Positions 12,249 to 22,348 of a DNA stretch of 64,000 nucleotides are shown here, one piece after another. Every line of letters starts with the position of its first letter. Positions within the stretch are counted from its first letter, which is position 1. The notes beneath the pieces were generated by a model that saw only the letters and a program-made list of their open reading frames with translations, was not told where the DNA came from and ran no database searches. This DNA is from an uncultured Acidimicrobiia bacterium (GTDB lineage: Bacteria; Acidobacteriota; Terriglobia; Versatilivoradales; Versatilivoraceae). A program made the translations under genes and the position numbers. The DNA lies in assembly GCA_963786955.1 (NCBI GenBank), contig CAWBAT010000006.1, forward strand, positions 704,001-768,000. Direction: 5' to 3'.

Positions 12249-13954
12249 CTAGTTCTTTTCCATACTCTCTTCAATCTTAAGCAACTCATTCAACTTCGGC
12301 TCAAGGACCTATTTGCTTGTGGCCTCCAGGCCAGGTAATCTCGATTTCTTTGATTTTATTCTCCGCCCCCAATCCAAAAAAGACCCTCTGGTCGCTGGCG
12401 GAAACATAACTCGAGGTCGTGCTTACCATATTGTACTGGACTTTTCCACTTTCACTGGTCAACTTCAGGCGGGCCCCGATTCCCGTTACGATTACTCTTA
12501 ATGCCACGGACTTCGACTGCGATCCAATTGTTCCGGTTGCCTCCGTCATTCCGGATGTAATACGAAGATCCATTACAATTGGAAACCACGATATCAATGT
12601 CGCCGTCATTGTCGAGATCGCCGAAAGCAGCGCCGCGACCGGCCCAAGTTTGTTGAAATGTGCCTCCAGAAACATCGGATACGTCCACGAACTTGTTATT
12701 TACGTTCCGGAAGAGCGAAGGCTTTTGCATGGATCGGAGATGGGGCTGAGTATTCTCGATATTATCCATGACATGCCCGTTGGCAATGAATAAGTCCTTG
12801 AAGCCATCGTTGTCGTAGTCAAAGATACGCAAACCCCATCCCGAGAGAAGTCTGGTAATTTCTCCCAAGCCCGAGATCAGCGTTGCGTAGGTAAAGCTCT
12901 CGTCGCCATTATTGTGAAAGTAAGCATAACTTTCGTTAGACAAAGCGGTTGTAACGATATCCGGAAAGCCGTCGTTATCTAAATCCACAAAGTCCGTTCC
13001 CATGCCAGAAAAGGTCTTACCATCTTCCGTAAACCCCATACCCGCCAGGACCGCTATTTCTTCAAACGTCCCATTCCCGTTGTTTTTGAACAGAAACTGT
13101 TGGACCTGGTCGTTGGCGACCTCAACATCTATAAACCCATCATTATTGAAGTCGGCGAAAGCGACGCCCAGTCCTTTTCCAGGACTATCCGCAATATGGC
13201 TTGTCTTGGAGACATCCGTGAAAGTCCCATCTCCATTATTCCGAAATAAGTAGTTGGAGATCGACTTGAAATTATCTGGATGACAATAGGCTCTTCCCCC
13301 GGGGATCTTGGGGCCACAATTAATGTTTAGGGAGAAGTTCCACACCATGTACCGGGTCACAAAAAGATCCAGAAACCCATCGTTGTTGTAGTCAAAGAAT
13401 CCGGCACTACAAGCCCACCCTTTCACATCCATTTTCGATTGAACGGTCACGTCGCTAAATGTCCCGTCTCCATTATTTCTGTAAAGGATTGACTGTCCGA
13501 AATTAGAGACAAACAGATCCATATGCCCATCATTATCATAATCGCCTACGGCAGCCCCCATTCCATAGCCCTTGCCGCGAAGGCCGGTTTTCTCAGTGAC
13601 ATCGGAAAAAGTTCCATCCTGGTTGTTGTGAAACATCCGATTCCAGAATTCTGGAGCGGATTTGTCGAGTATTTCATTATCGGGCTGAGGGTCATTAAGT
13701 TTTGCACCATTGACGAAGAAAACATCTTCCCACCCGTCTCCGTCGTAGTCGATGAGAGCCACTCCTCCGGTCATGGTTTCAATCAAATACTTTTCCGAAG
13801 TCTTTGAATTTCGATGCAAAAAGCGCAGCCCGGAACTCGCCGTAGCATCGACATAGGTGACAGAGGCCTTCTCTGCGCGGGATAGAGTTGGGGAAAATCC
13901 TACAATCAAGAGCGTCAGCACGAAGAAGGCTGGAATTTTAAGAAGTTTCATCAT
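12249..13954 (-). CDS. Second CRTAC1-family protein, frameshifted near the C-terminus
   Basis: Signal peptide, KYLIETMTGGVALIDYDGDG, YCHPD, RGAAFGDLDNDGDID and SYVSASDQRVFFGLG..WPGG. Confidence 0.85.
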
Positions 13955-14807
13955 TCTTTGTTTTCTTACGAGAGCGTGCAATAAGATCCTGCCACAAGGC
14001 CGCATCATATTGCTGGGGTCCCGGATACAAGGGGTGCCCTCTTTTTCCGTACTGAGGGAAGACAAGCTTCTCGAGAACTACCTTCCCTAAATAAGTCTCC
14101 GGCTCAGCAACAATGATATGGGGATGAGGTCTGTCAACAATCTTCAGCCCGGCGCTTCTCACCATCGCGGCTAGGGCATTATAGTTGGGGAACCACCAAT
14201 TTGTCGCATCTCCATTATAAAGGTCTTCGACAAATATCAATTTCGGATAGGCGGGGTTTTCCAGTAATGAGTCCTCCGTATAGCGCTGATAATCGGGCTT
14301 ATAGATATAGTCCTGATCTTCTCCACCGATCACATTCGATTGGATATAGATGCGCTCCTTAGTCATCTCGGCCAAACGATCAAGCACCAAACCAGGATAT
14401 TTTAAATGGTAAAGCAGTCCCAGAAATAAGACATAATCAAAACGTTCCTCGGTGGTCAGACAGTATACGTGCGCATCCTGGTTGACAAGCTCCAGCTCTA
14501 CATTAAACTGCTCGGCTGCAAAATCTGCCTGCCGGAGAAACTCGACAAACGGATCGACGAGCACGCAGCGTTCAGCCCCCCGCAGTTTCATCTGAATGGA
14601 GAAGTACCCGCAATTTCCACCCAAATCCAGAACCGTCTTACCTTTAAGCTCTTCCGGGACAAAGGGTTTGATAAGATTCCAACGGGTTTCCGCATCATAC
14701 CCTGGTTCCTGCCCAGTCCCCGTTCGAACCCCATTCGGAAACGAGAAATGGAGATACCACCATCCCAGGCTTTGCATCTGTTGTTCAACCTCTTCACGTG
14801 TTCTCAT
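13938..14807 (-). CDS. SAM-dependent methyltransferase, TIGR04290/DUF1698-like
   Basis: GKTVLDLGGNCGYFS, FDYVLFLGLLYHL and DATNWWFPN motifs; stop overlaps the CRTAC1 start. Confidence 0.75.
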   Translation of the reverse strand: MRTREEVEQQMQSLGWWYLHFSFPNGVRTGTGQEPGYDAETRWNLIKPFVPEELKGKTVLDLGGNCGYFSIQMKLRGAERCVLVDPFVEFLRQADFAAEQFNVELELVNQDAHVYCLTTEERFDYVLFLGLLYHLKYPGLVLDRLAEMTKERIYIQSNVIGGEDQDYIYKPDYQRYTEDSLLENPAYPKLIFVEDLYNGDATNWWFPNYNALAAMVRSAGLKIVDRPHPHIIVAEPETYLGKVVLEKLVFPQYGKRGHPLYPGPQQYDAALWQDLIARSRKKTKNDETS

Positions 14808-14969
14808 ATTTATCCTCTCCGAGTTATATTCATCGCATGTGCTGGAACCCCTGTCAATAGAAGCTATTGAGTTAAGCCCTCCCATTTTCAAGAATTGACT
14901 TTCTCATGGAGTAAGAATAGCCCTTGCATTCCTCTCTAGAATCCCCTCCGCCAGAGACTCAAGTGTTCA

Positions 14970-15137
14970 GTAATGCGTTAGTTACGGGGGGAAATCTGTA
15001 AGGGCAAGGCCTTCGGTGACGATTTGAGATTGTCGCTTCTGTAGCGGCTGAGTGGGTAGGGACGGACCGCCGGGCCGTCCGTGGCGCGCTCGGCGAGCGC
15101 GCCCTACCAGAAATTCCCCCGATAACTAACGCATAAC
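14970..15137. mobile_element. 168-bp MITE-like element with about 30-bp TIRs and an 8-bp target duplication, carrying REP units
   Basis: Left GTAATGCGTTAGTTACGGGGGGAAATCTG versus right reverse complement GTTATGCGTTAGTTATCGGGGGAATTTCTG; AGTGTTCA repeated at 14962-14969 and 15138-15145; internal GTAGGG...CCCTAC doublet. Confidence 0.75.
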
Positions 15138-15431
15138 AGTGTTCATGAAATTTAACTGGAAGTGAGAGCCAAACTAAGCTATCTTTTCTTTTTCAAAGTT
15201 CAGTCGCCTGAGGCTCCTTTCCTCCTTCCGGAATATATCAGGCGGCTTCAAGAACCAGACACCTCTAGGAGAGAGTCTGTCGAGTGCCGAAACAGTTTTT
15301 TTCACGAGAGCGTTCACCGGCTGAGACTTTCTCATCTAAGATATTAATGCACTCACAATTAGCACGATTCCAAAGTTCGGTTATTTGCCAATTACTCGAA
15401 TTCTTACACTGAAAGGAGCGTTCGAGCCTAC

Positions 15432-17615
15432 ATGGAACTCAGTTTGATCATCTCCATTAGCCTTCTCGGCTTGCTGTTTGCCCTCTATCTCATTCAGAAC
15501 GTTATGAAACGAGACACGGGAACCCCGCAGATGCGGGAGATCTCAGATGCCATCAAAGCGGGAGCAGAAGCCTTTCTCCGCAGGCAAAATCGCACTATTG
15601 CCTACCTGGCCGTTGCCCTGGCGTGTTTGATCTATATCCTTTACGCTTTTGTGCGCGCTCACAACGTGCACGATCCTGCCAGTGCCCAGAATCTGGCACT
15701 CTGGACGACTCTCTCTTTCGTATTTGGAGCCGCCTGTTCGGTCGCTGCAGGCTATATGGGGATGTGGGTGGCGATTCGGGCAAACATTCGCACGGCATCC
15801 GCAGCCACCCGAAGTATGAATGACGCTCTGCAAACCGCCCTGCGAGGAGGCGCGGTTTCCGGTTTCTTTGTAGTGGCCATGAGTTTGTTGGGTGTTTCCG
15901 GACTATTTGCCCTTGTGAAATTCATGGGGGTTACCTCGGATATCACCAAGATCCCCTTATTGATCGTAGGCTATGGGTTTGGCGCCAGTTTTGTGGCGTT
16001 GTTTGCCCAACTTGGCGGGGGAATTTATACCAAGGCTGCCGACGTGGGCGCTGATCTGGTGGGAAAGGTGGAGGCGGGTATCCCGGAGGACGACCCTCGC
16101 AATCCTGCCGTGATCGCTGATTTGGTCGGCGATAACGTCGGGGATTGTGCCGGCCGTGGCGCTGACCTGTTCGAGTCAACAGCCGCCGAAAACATTGGGG
16201 CCATGATTCTGGCAGCGGCTTTGTATACCAGCAACAAAGCCACCTTTGAAGCTCAAGGCCTAAGCCTGATGGGGATTCTCTTGTTTCCGCTGGTGGCCCG
16301 TGCCTTCGGAATTATCGCTTCGATCATTGGGATCATGACGGTGAGGACCGACGAAAAAGAAGACCCGATGAAGGCACTTAACCGCGGGTACTTCATCACA
16401 GCGGTCCTGGCAATGATCGGGTTTTTTGTCGCTTCCCGCTGGCTGCTGGGACCTCAATACTATTTCAACTTCTTTCTTTGTGGCGTCATTGGAGTTCTGA
16501 CTTCTATCGCTTTCGTCTATATCACCCAATACTATACAGAGTACGCCTACCGGCCGGTAAAGATGATTGCCGAGGCCTCGCAAACTGGCCCCGCAACCAA
16601 TATCATTGCGGGCGTTGCCATAGGGATGGAATCGACCGGTTACCCCATACTCGTGATCAGCACGGCCATTATCAGCGCCTATTATCTGGGGAAACATTCG
16701 GGTTTAGCTGATGCCGGTCTCTTCGGGACTGCAGTCGCCACCATGGGAATGCTGGCTACGGCGGCTTATATTCTTGCCATGGACACGTTCGGGCCAATTA
16801 CAGACAACGCAGGCGGAATCGTGGAGATGAGCCACCAGCCCCAGGAAATTCGAGAGAAAACCGATCGACTGGACTCTGTCGGTAACACGACCAAGGCTCT
16901 GACGAAAGGATATGCAGTCGGTTCGGCTGCACTGGCTGCCTTTCTGCTCTTTGGAGCCTATATCGATGAAGTTCGTAATTACATGCCTTCTTTCCAGCCC
17001 AGCATTAATCTGAATAAGCCGGAAGTATTTGTGGGGGCAATGCTAGGCGCGATGCTGGTCTTCCTCTTTTGCTCCCTGGCCATCAAGGCCGTGGGAAAGG
17101 CCGCTTATTCCATCATCAACAACGTTCGTGAGCAGTTCAAGAACAATCCAGGGATCATGAAAGGAACTTCGAAGCCGGATTATGGAGAATGCGTCGACAT
17201 CGCCACGAAAGCCGCTCTTGGCAAAATGGTTCTGCCTGGCCTGCTGGTGGTAGGAATGACGGTAGGCACCGGGGTTATCTTCCGCTGGATCTATTACGCA
17301 GCGGGAGCCCCTCCGGCCGGAGAACTGGACTTCCGGGCAACCGGGGCCGAAGTTGTGGGTGGCTATTTGATGGTCGGTACGATTACCGGAATCCTGATGG
17401 CCCTGTTCCTGAATAACGGCGGGGGCGCTTGGGACAACGCCAAGAAGTTTATTGAAGCGGGCGCATACGGCGGCAAAAGATCCGATCCACACAAAGCATC
17501 GGTCGTTGGCGATACGGTCGGTGACCCATTCAAAGACACGGCGGGACCTTCCCTCCACGTCCTCATTAAGTTGCTCAGCACGATCACGCTCGTGCTGGCA
17601 CCATTCTTTCTATAG
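15432..17615 (+). CDS. hppA: Membrane-bound H+-translocating pyrophosphatase, K+-independent type
   Basis: GGGIYTKAADVGADLVGKVE, EDDPRNPAVIADLVGDNVGD, GNTTKA (Lys at the K+-dependence position) and GDTVGDPFKDTAGP. Confidence 0.95.
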   Translation: MELSLIISISLLGLLFALYLIQNVMKRDTGTPQMREISDAIKAGAEAFLRRQNRTIAYLAVALACLIYILYAFVRAHNVHDPASAQNLALWTTLSFVFGAACSVAAGYMGMWVAIRANIRTASAATRSMNDALQTALRGGAVSGFFVVAMSLLGVSGLFALVKFMGVTSDITKIPLLIVGYGFGASFVALFAQLGGGIYTKAADVGADLVGKVEAGIPEDDPRNPAVIADLVGDNVGDCAGRGADLFESTAAENIGAMILAAALYTSNKATFEAQGLSLMGILLFPLVARAFGIIASIIGIMTVRTDEKEDPMKALNRGYFITAVLAMIGFFVASRWLLGPQYYFNFFLCGVIGVLTSIAFVYITQYYTEYAYRPVKMIAEASQTGPATNIIAGVAIGMESTGYPILVISTAIISAYYLGKHSGLADAGLFGTAVATMGMLATAAYILAMDTFGPITDNAGGIVEMSHQPQEIREKTDRLDSVGNTTKALTKGYAVGSAALAAFLLFGAYIDEVRNYMPSFQPSINLNKPEVFVGAMLGAMLVFLFCSLAIKAVGKAAYSIINNVREQFKNNPGIMKGTSKPDYGECVDIATKAALGKMVLPGLLVVGMTVGTGVIFRWIYYAAGAPPAGELDFRATGAEVVGGYLMVGTITGILMALFLNNGGGAWDNAKKFIEAGAYGGKRSDPHKASVVGDTVGDPFKDTAGPSLHVLIKLLSTITLVLAPFFL

Positions 17616-17659
17616 CCTCTTCCGGCTTGCTGTGACGCTTACTTGCCAATCCCGGCCCT

Positions 17660-17769
17660 GAAGGTGTGAAGGAATTGTAGCGGCGCTCTATGAGCGCCGA
17701 CCAAGTCGTTGAAATAAAAAGAATCCGGCGGTCACAGACCGCCGCTACAACCGATTTTTTCACACCTCC
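17660..17769. repeat. REP doublet inside short IS-like terminal inverted repeats
   Basis: GAAGGTGTGAA ... TTCACACCTCC ends; GTAGCGGCGCTCTATGAGCGCCG (17677-17699) and CGGCGGTCACAGACCGCCGCTAC (17726-17748). Confidence 0.7.
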
Positions 17770-17879
17770 CGTTCCCGAGAGGGGGTTCCTTTCGAACCAC
17801 TCCGTAGAAGTGCGTCGCGAAATAAACACGGTTTTCGCGGCCCAGACATTCACAATGGCTGCGTGCATGGCCAGGATAG

Positions 17880-19880
17880 TTATCCCACATGGATCCTGGG
17901 CCTTTCATACGGGTTGTCGATGGCTTTCCTGAGTACCTCTCGTGTCACTGGAGCTGTGTCTCCTTCCCCCAACACTAGATAGCGCAACAAATAGGCGATC
18001 GGATTCCCTTCGGTCCAACCGAAATAGGCATGTGGTAGCCTTCCCGTCATATCGTGGAGATGCATCAAAAGAGCCGCGATGGCGTTTGGGACCGCCGGGC
18101 TCTTACAACGAAGAATATTATGCCGACCCACTTTGACGCCTCGAACCATCAGTTCATCCGAAAACTCCGAAGCATCCCCTTGAAAAACTTCCAGAAAGAT
18201 GACCGGTTCTTGATCATTTAGGCTATGGTCATCCCTCGCCTGCTGTTCTTTCTTATCGTATTCCTCTGAGGTACGCTTATCCGGGCGATGGGCAATGAGT
18301 CGTACCGGATTCTCTTGGGCGACATCAGCAATCATGAGCTGAGCGCTTTGACTTAGGGTGACTCCTTTGACCCTCAGCTCGGTCAATCGGATGGTTCGTG
18401 AAACCAAGGAAGAGAAGATGATGGCCGCGATGAAAAAAGATGCAATCTTGATGCCTTCAGGGCGCTCGAAGATATTGGCGATCGTGGTGTAAACGAGAAC
18501 TAAAGTCATTCCGAGATAGACCCATTTGGTCTTCTTATACCAATTGGCAATTGTCACCGCAATGGCCGCCGAAGACATCAAGAACAACACTCCCGTTGCA
18601 TAAGCTCCTCCCTGGGCATTCACATCGGCGTCAAATAACAACGTGACTCCAAACGTGATCACGAGAAATACCATAACCAGAGGTCTTCGGGCCCTTGCCC
18701 ACTCCGGCGCCATTCCATAAGGAGGAAGATATCTTGGAACGAGATTGAGCAATCCAGCCATTGCCGACGCCCCGGCAAACCAGAGAATCAAAATCGTTGA
18801 AATGTCGTACATCGTCCCAAAGGCTTCACCTAGATATCGATGTGCCAGAAAAGCCAAGGCACGGCCATTGGCCTCCCCCCCCTCTCCGAATGCTTCTTTG
18901 GGAATGAGAACCGTCGTCACAAAACTGCTGCAAATCAGGAAAAAACTCATGATCAGAGCAGCCGTCACCAGCAGCTTCTTGGTGTTCTTGATTCGACCCG
19001 TGGGATGCTGTTCTGAATCTCCCAGCTCTCCACGAACCAGTGGCATAACGGCCACACCCGTTTCAAATCCAGACAGGCCTAATGCCAGCTTAGGAAAGAG
19101 GAGGAGTCCAACAGCCAACATCATCCAGGGGTTGGTGTACTGGATCTGGAGGAGCGACTTCCAATTATGGATAATCTCCGGATGCAGGAAGACCTGATAA
19201 AAAGTAACTCCCATCAATACAAAGTTGAAGCCCAAGTAAATCATGACGAAAAGAACTGCAATCCCAATAGCCTCCTTGAAGCCTTTCAGGAAAATTCCGC
19301 CCAGGATGGCCAACAACACTAAGGTCACTCCGACTCGGTGGTCAAAAAATTTAGGGACAAATGGGTTCTCGATGATGTGAGCGGTTGCATCCGCCGCAGA
19401 TAGTGTGATCGTAATCACGAAGTCTGTCAGGGCAAAGCCGAGCAGACAAAGGACGAAGGTCTTTCCGCGCCACCGCGGCAGCAACTCCTCCAGCATGACA
19501 ATACTACCCTGGCCATGAGGACTCCGTGATGCCACCTGCCGGTAAATCGGAAGTGCCACGAAAAGGGTCACGAGCACCAGAATCAGCGTCGCTACGGGTG
19601 ACAAGTAGCCCGCCGCCAAAAACGCGATGCCGGGCTGGTACCCCAAGGTCGAAAAATAGTCGACCCCGGTGAGGCACATCACTCGCCACCAGACATCTTT
19701 ATGATACACGGCACCGGTAGGCCCGCGATCAGAAGACATGTGGTCTTCGAAAAACCAATGGGCAAAATTGGACTGGGACTCAGGTTGGGGAGGGACGGAA
19801 CTTCCTCCTCGTGGAATGGAGGATGAGGATTCTTGAGAAGGCTTAAGCGGCATGGGGTCCGCGATGTTGGATGAGTTCAA
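17880..19880 (-). CDS. APC-superfamily transporter (amino acid or cation) with C-terminal cytoplasmic domain; start uncertain
   Basis: [37 protein letters not shown], about 12 hydrophobic helices and a [10 protein letters not shown] tail. Confidence 0.8.
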   Translation of the reverse strand: MNSSNIADPMPLKPSQESSSSIPRGGSSVPPQPESQSNFAHWFFEDHMSSDRGPTGAVYHKDVWWRVMCLTGVDYFSTLGYQPGIAFLAAGYLSPVATLILVLVTLFVALPIYRQVASRSPHGQGSIVMLEELLPRWRGKTFVLCLLGFALTDFVITITLSAADATAHIIENPFVPKFFDHRVGVTLVLLAILGGIFLKGFKEAIGIAVLFVMIYLGFNFVLMGVTFYQVFLHPEIIHNWKSLLQIQYTNPWMMLAVGLLLFPKLALGLSGFETGVAVMPLVRGELGDSEQHPTGRIKNTKKLLVTAALIMSFFLICSSFVTTVLIPKEAFGEGGEANGRALAFLAHRYLGEAFGTMYDISTILILWFAGASAMAGLLNLVPRYLPPYGMAPEWARARRPLVMVFLVITFGVTLLFDADVNAQGGAYATGVLFLMSSAAIAVTIANWYKKTKWVYLGMTLVLVYTTIANIFERPEGIKIASFFIAAIIFSSLVSRTIRLTELRVKGVTLSQSAQLMIADVAQENPVRLIAHRPDKRTSEEYDKKEQQARDDHSLNDQEPVIFLEVFQGDASEFSDELMVRGVKVGRHNILRCKSPAVPNAIAALLMHLHDMTGRLPHAYFGWTEGNPIAYLLRYLVLGEGDTAPVTREVLRKAIDNPYERPRIHVG

Positions 19881-20067
19881 TATTCAACATGGACCCCCTA
19901 TCTTACCATCACTGGTCAAGCGGTAACGTGTAAAGGTGGGGTGGAGAGCCAATATAATGTTTCGCAACTGCTCCGGGCTTTCTTTTTTCCGGAGAATTCG
20001 CCTTCCGAATGGATTGGGGGGAGAATTCGACCTCAAAGTGGTCGCTTTTCGGCAATGGGGACAAACC

Positions 20068-20105
20068 ATCAAGCCTCTCCTCGAATGGTGGAAGAGAGGC
20101 TTGAT
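20068..20105 (-). terminator. Hairpin downstream of amtB, probable terminator
   Basis: 12-bp perfect stem ATCAAGCCTCTC/GAGAGGCTTGAT; U-tract is weak. Confidence 0.5.
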
Positions 20106-20143
20106 AGGAAGACATTAGTGATAGTCCGCAGGCCTGAGTCTTA

Positions 20144-21715
20144 CTAGGGGATATTGGCCATAGCCCCGCGGGAAGAAGCATCACTCATGACATTATCAGG
20201 ATAAGCAGGCACGCCCATCTCAGGCATGTCTAAGCCCTCCACTTCAAATTCTGGAGGAACTCGATTGCCCACTACGGCTCCGAGGATTTTCATGACGATA
20301 TAAGTCACGCCAAAAACCCAGATAATATTCGTTAAAGTACCAATGCACTGGGCAACAAATTGACTCGTGTCACCATAGAGCAGTCCTCGCACAGTCCCTG
20401 AAACTCCATTGAAACCGTCGCCGTAAGTACCGTCAGCAAAGATCCCCAAACTAATCACCCCCCAAGCACCGTTAAGACCATGAACAGTGATCGCGCCAAC
20501 GGGGTCGTCAATCTTCAAGGTGCGTTCAACGAATCCCACCCCCCAGACTAACAAGACACCTGCAACCGACCCGATGAAAACAGCCGAAACGCTATTGACG
20601 AAAGCGCAAGGTGCTGTAATAGCCACCATTCCTGCCAGCAGTCCGTTGGCGGCTAAGGATGGGTCCGGTTTTCCATACTTAATCCAGGCCACCAACATTG
20701 CAGCCATGGCACCTGCGGCTGAGGCGAGCATCGTGTTGACCGCAATGACTGAAATCCTTAAATCGGCTCCTGCCAGGGTACTGCCTGCATTGAACCCAAA
20801 CCAGCCAAAGGCCAGGATGAAACATCCCAAGATCGCCATGGGAATATTATGCCCCGGAATCGCGACTGGTTCGCCCGTTTTGCTATATTTGCCTAACCGG
20901 GGCCCCAGGACTTTGGCTCCAGCCAGAGCGGCCACACCACCAACCATGTGGACGACCGAAGAACCGGCAAAGTCGACATGTCCATGGCCTAATCCAAAAT
21001 TGGAACCAAGCGTTGCGAGCCAGCCCCCACCCCAAACCCAGTTTCCATAAATAGGGTACGTGAACATGGAGATGACAAAACTGAAAAGAACAAATGAAGC
21101 CCACTTCCAGCGCTCGGCCATAGCCCCAGTTGGAATTGTGGCTGCCGTATCCATGAAAACCATTTGAAACAGAAAGATGGCGAAGATAGCCGCATCATAC
21201 GTGGTACCGCTGAGAAAGAAACCTTTGTAGCCGAACAAACCAAATGCCTTCCCAAACAGAGTAATTGTAAACTCCCCGTTTAGAGGAGCCGTCATATTCC
21301 CTACCACGGCCAAAGGGCCAACACCACCCATCTGCAACGCAAATCCACAAATCCAGTATCCGAGCATGCCAATTCCATAAACCATCATATTCATCGCCAT
21401 CGTGTGGCAGGCATTCTTGGCTCGACAAAAACCAGCTTCTGCGAGTGCGAAGCCTGCCTGCATGAACATAACAAGAAAGCCTGCGATCAAGATCCACACA
21501 AAATTGATCGAGATCCGGTTATGTCCGACAGCATCCGCCACTTCCTGGAGGGTGGGATTGCCCACATCCTTGGCGGGAACGTCCTTGATCGTCCCAGTCA
21601 TTGCCCCACCGGGATCTCCGGCCATGAGGGGTTGCGCAAAGGCGACGAGCAATAGCGCCATACAGCCGACAAGTCCAAGGCTCAATAAAATCTGTTTCCG
21701 TTTCATTGTTTCCAC
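20144..21715 (-). CDS. amtB: Ammonium transporter
   Basis: FMQAGFALAEAG, DFAGSSVVH, WFGFNAGS and IDDPVGAITVHG motifs; N-terminal signal-like segment. Confidence 0.95.
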   Translation of the reverse strand: METMKRKQILLSLGLVGCMALLLVAFAQPLMAGDPGGAMTGTIKDVPAKDVGNPTLQEVADAVGHNRISINFVWILIAGFLVMFMQAGFALAEAGFCRAKNACHTMAMNMMVYGIGMLGYWICGFALQMGGVGPLAVVGNMTAPLNGEFTITLFGKAFGLFGYKGFFLSGTTYDAAIFAIFLFQMVFMDTAATIPTGAMAERWKWASFVLFSFVISMFTYPIYGNWVWGGGWLATLGSNFGLGHGHVDFAGSSVVHMVGGVAALAGAKVLGPRLGKYSKTGEPVAIPGHNIPMAILGCFILAFGWFGFNAGSTLAGADLRISVIAVNTMLASAAGAMAAMLVAWIKYGKPDPSLAANGLLAGMVAITAPCAFVNSVSAVFIGSVAGVLLVWGVGFVERTLKIDDPVGAITVHGLNGAWGVISLGIFADGTYGDGFNGVSGTVRGLLYGDTSQFVAQCIGTLTNIIWVFGVTYIVMKILGAVVGNRVPPEFEVEGLDMPEMGVPAYPDNVMSDASSRGAMANIP

Positions 21716-21825
21716 TCTCTCCTTATTCTGTATTTTGACTCAATACCCTGCTATCGAATGAAGCGTCTCCGCAATGCCTTTCCCTACACATGTTAGGGGG
21801 ATAACAAAACCCTCTTAGTCCATCC

Positions 21826-22233
<408 letters not shown>

Positions 22234-22348
22234 TTAACAAAAAAGAAGATTGGGGCGTCAGCTGTTAGACCATAAGCCCCGTGAAGTCCCCCTTGCCCCA
22301 GGAAGAAAACAAGTGCCCTGGAAGTTCGAACAATTTTCCGAATCCCCT

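Noticed and set aside
15202-15247. Riboswitch upstream of hppA (10-bp stem)
   Set aside because: No recognisable aptamer consensus or expression platform; a single stem is insufficient
21755-21790. ANTAR-like loops (AAAGGC, GGAGAC) upstream of amtB
   Set aside because: Stems are 2 bp or less and no overlapping terminator is present
22295-22325. Sigma54 promoter upstream of glnK (GGCAC on the minus strand)
   Set aside because: The -12 GC element is missing at the required spacing
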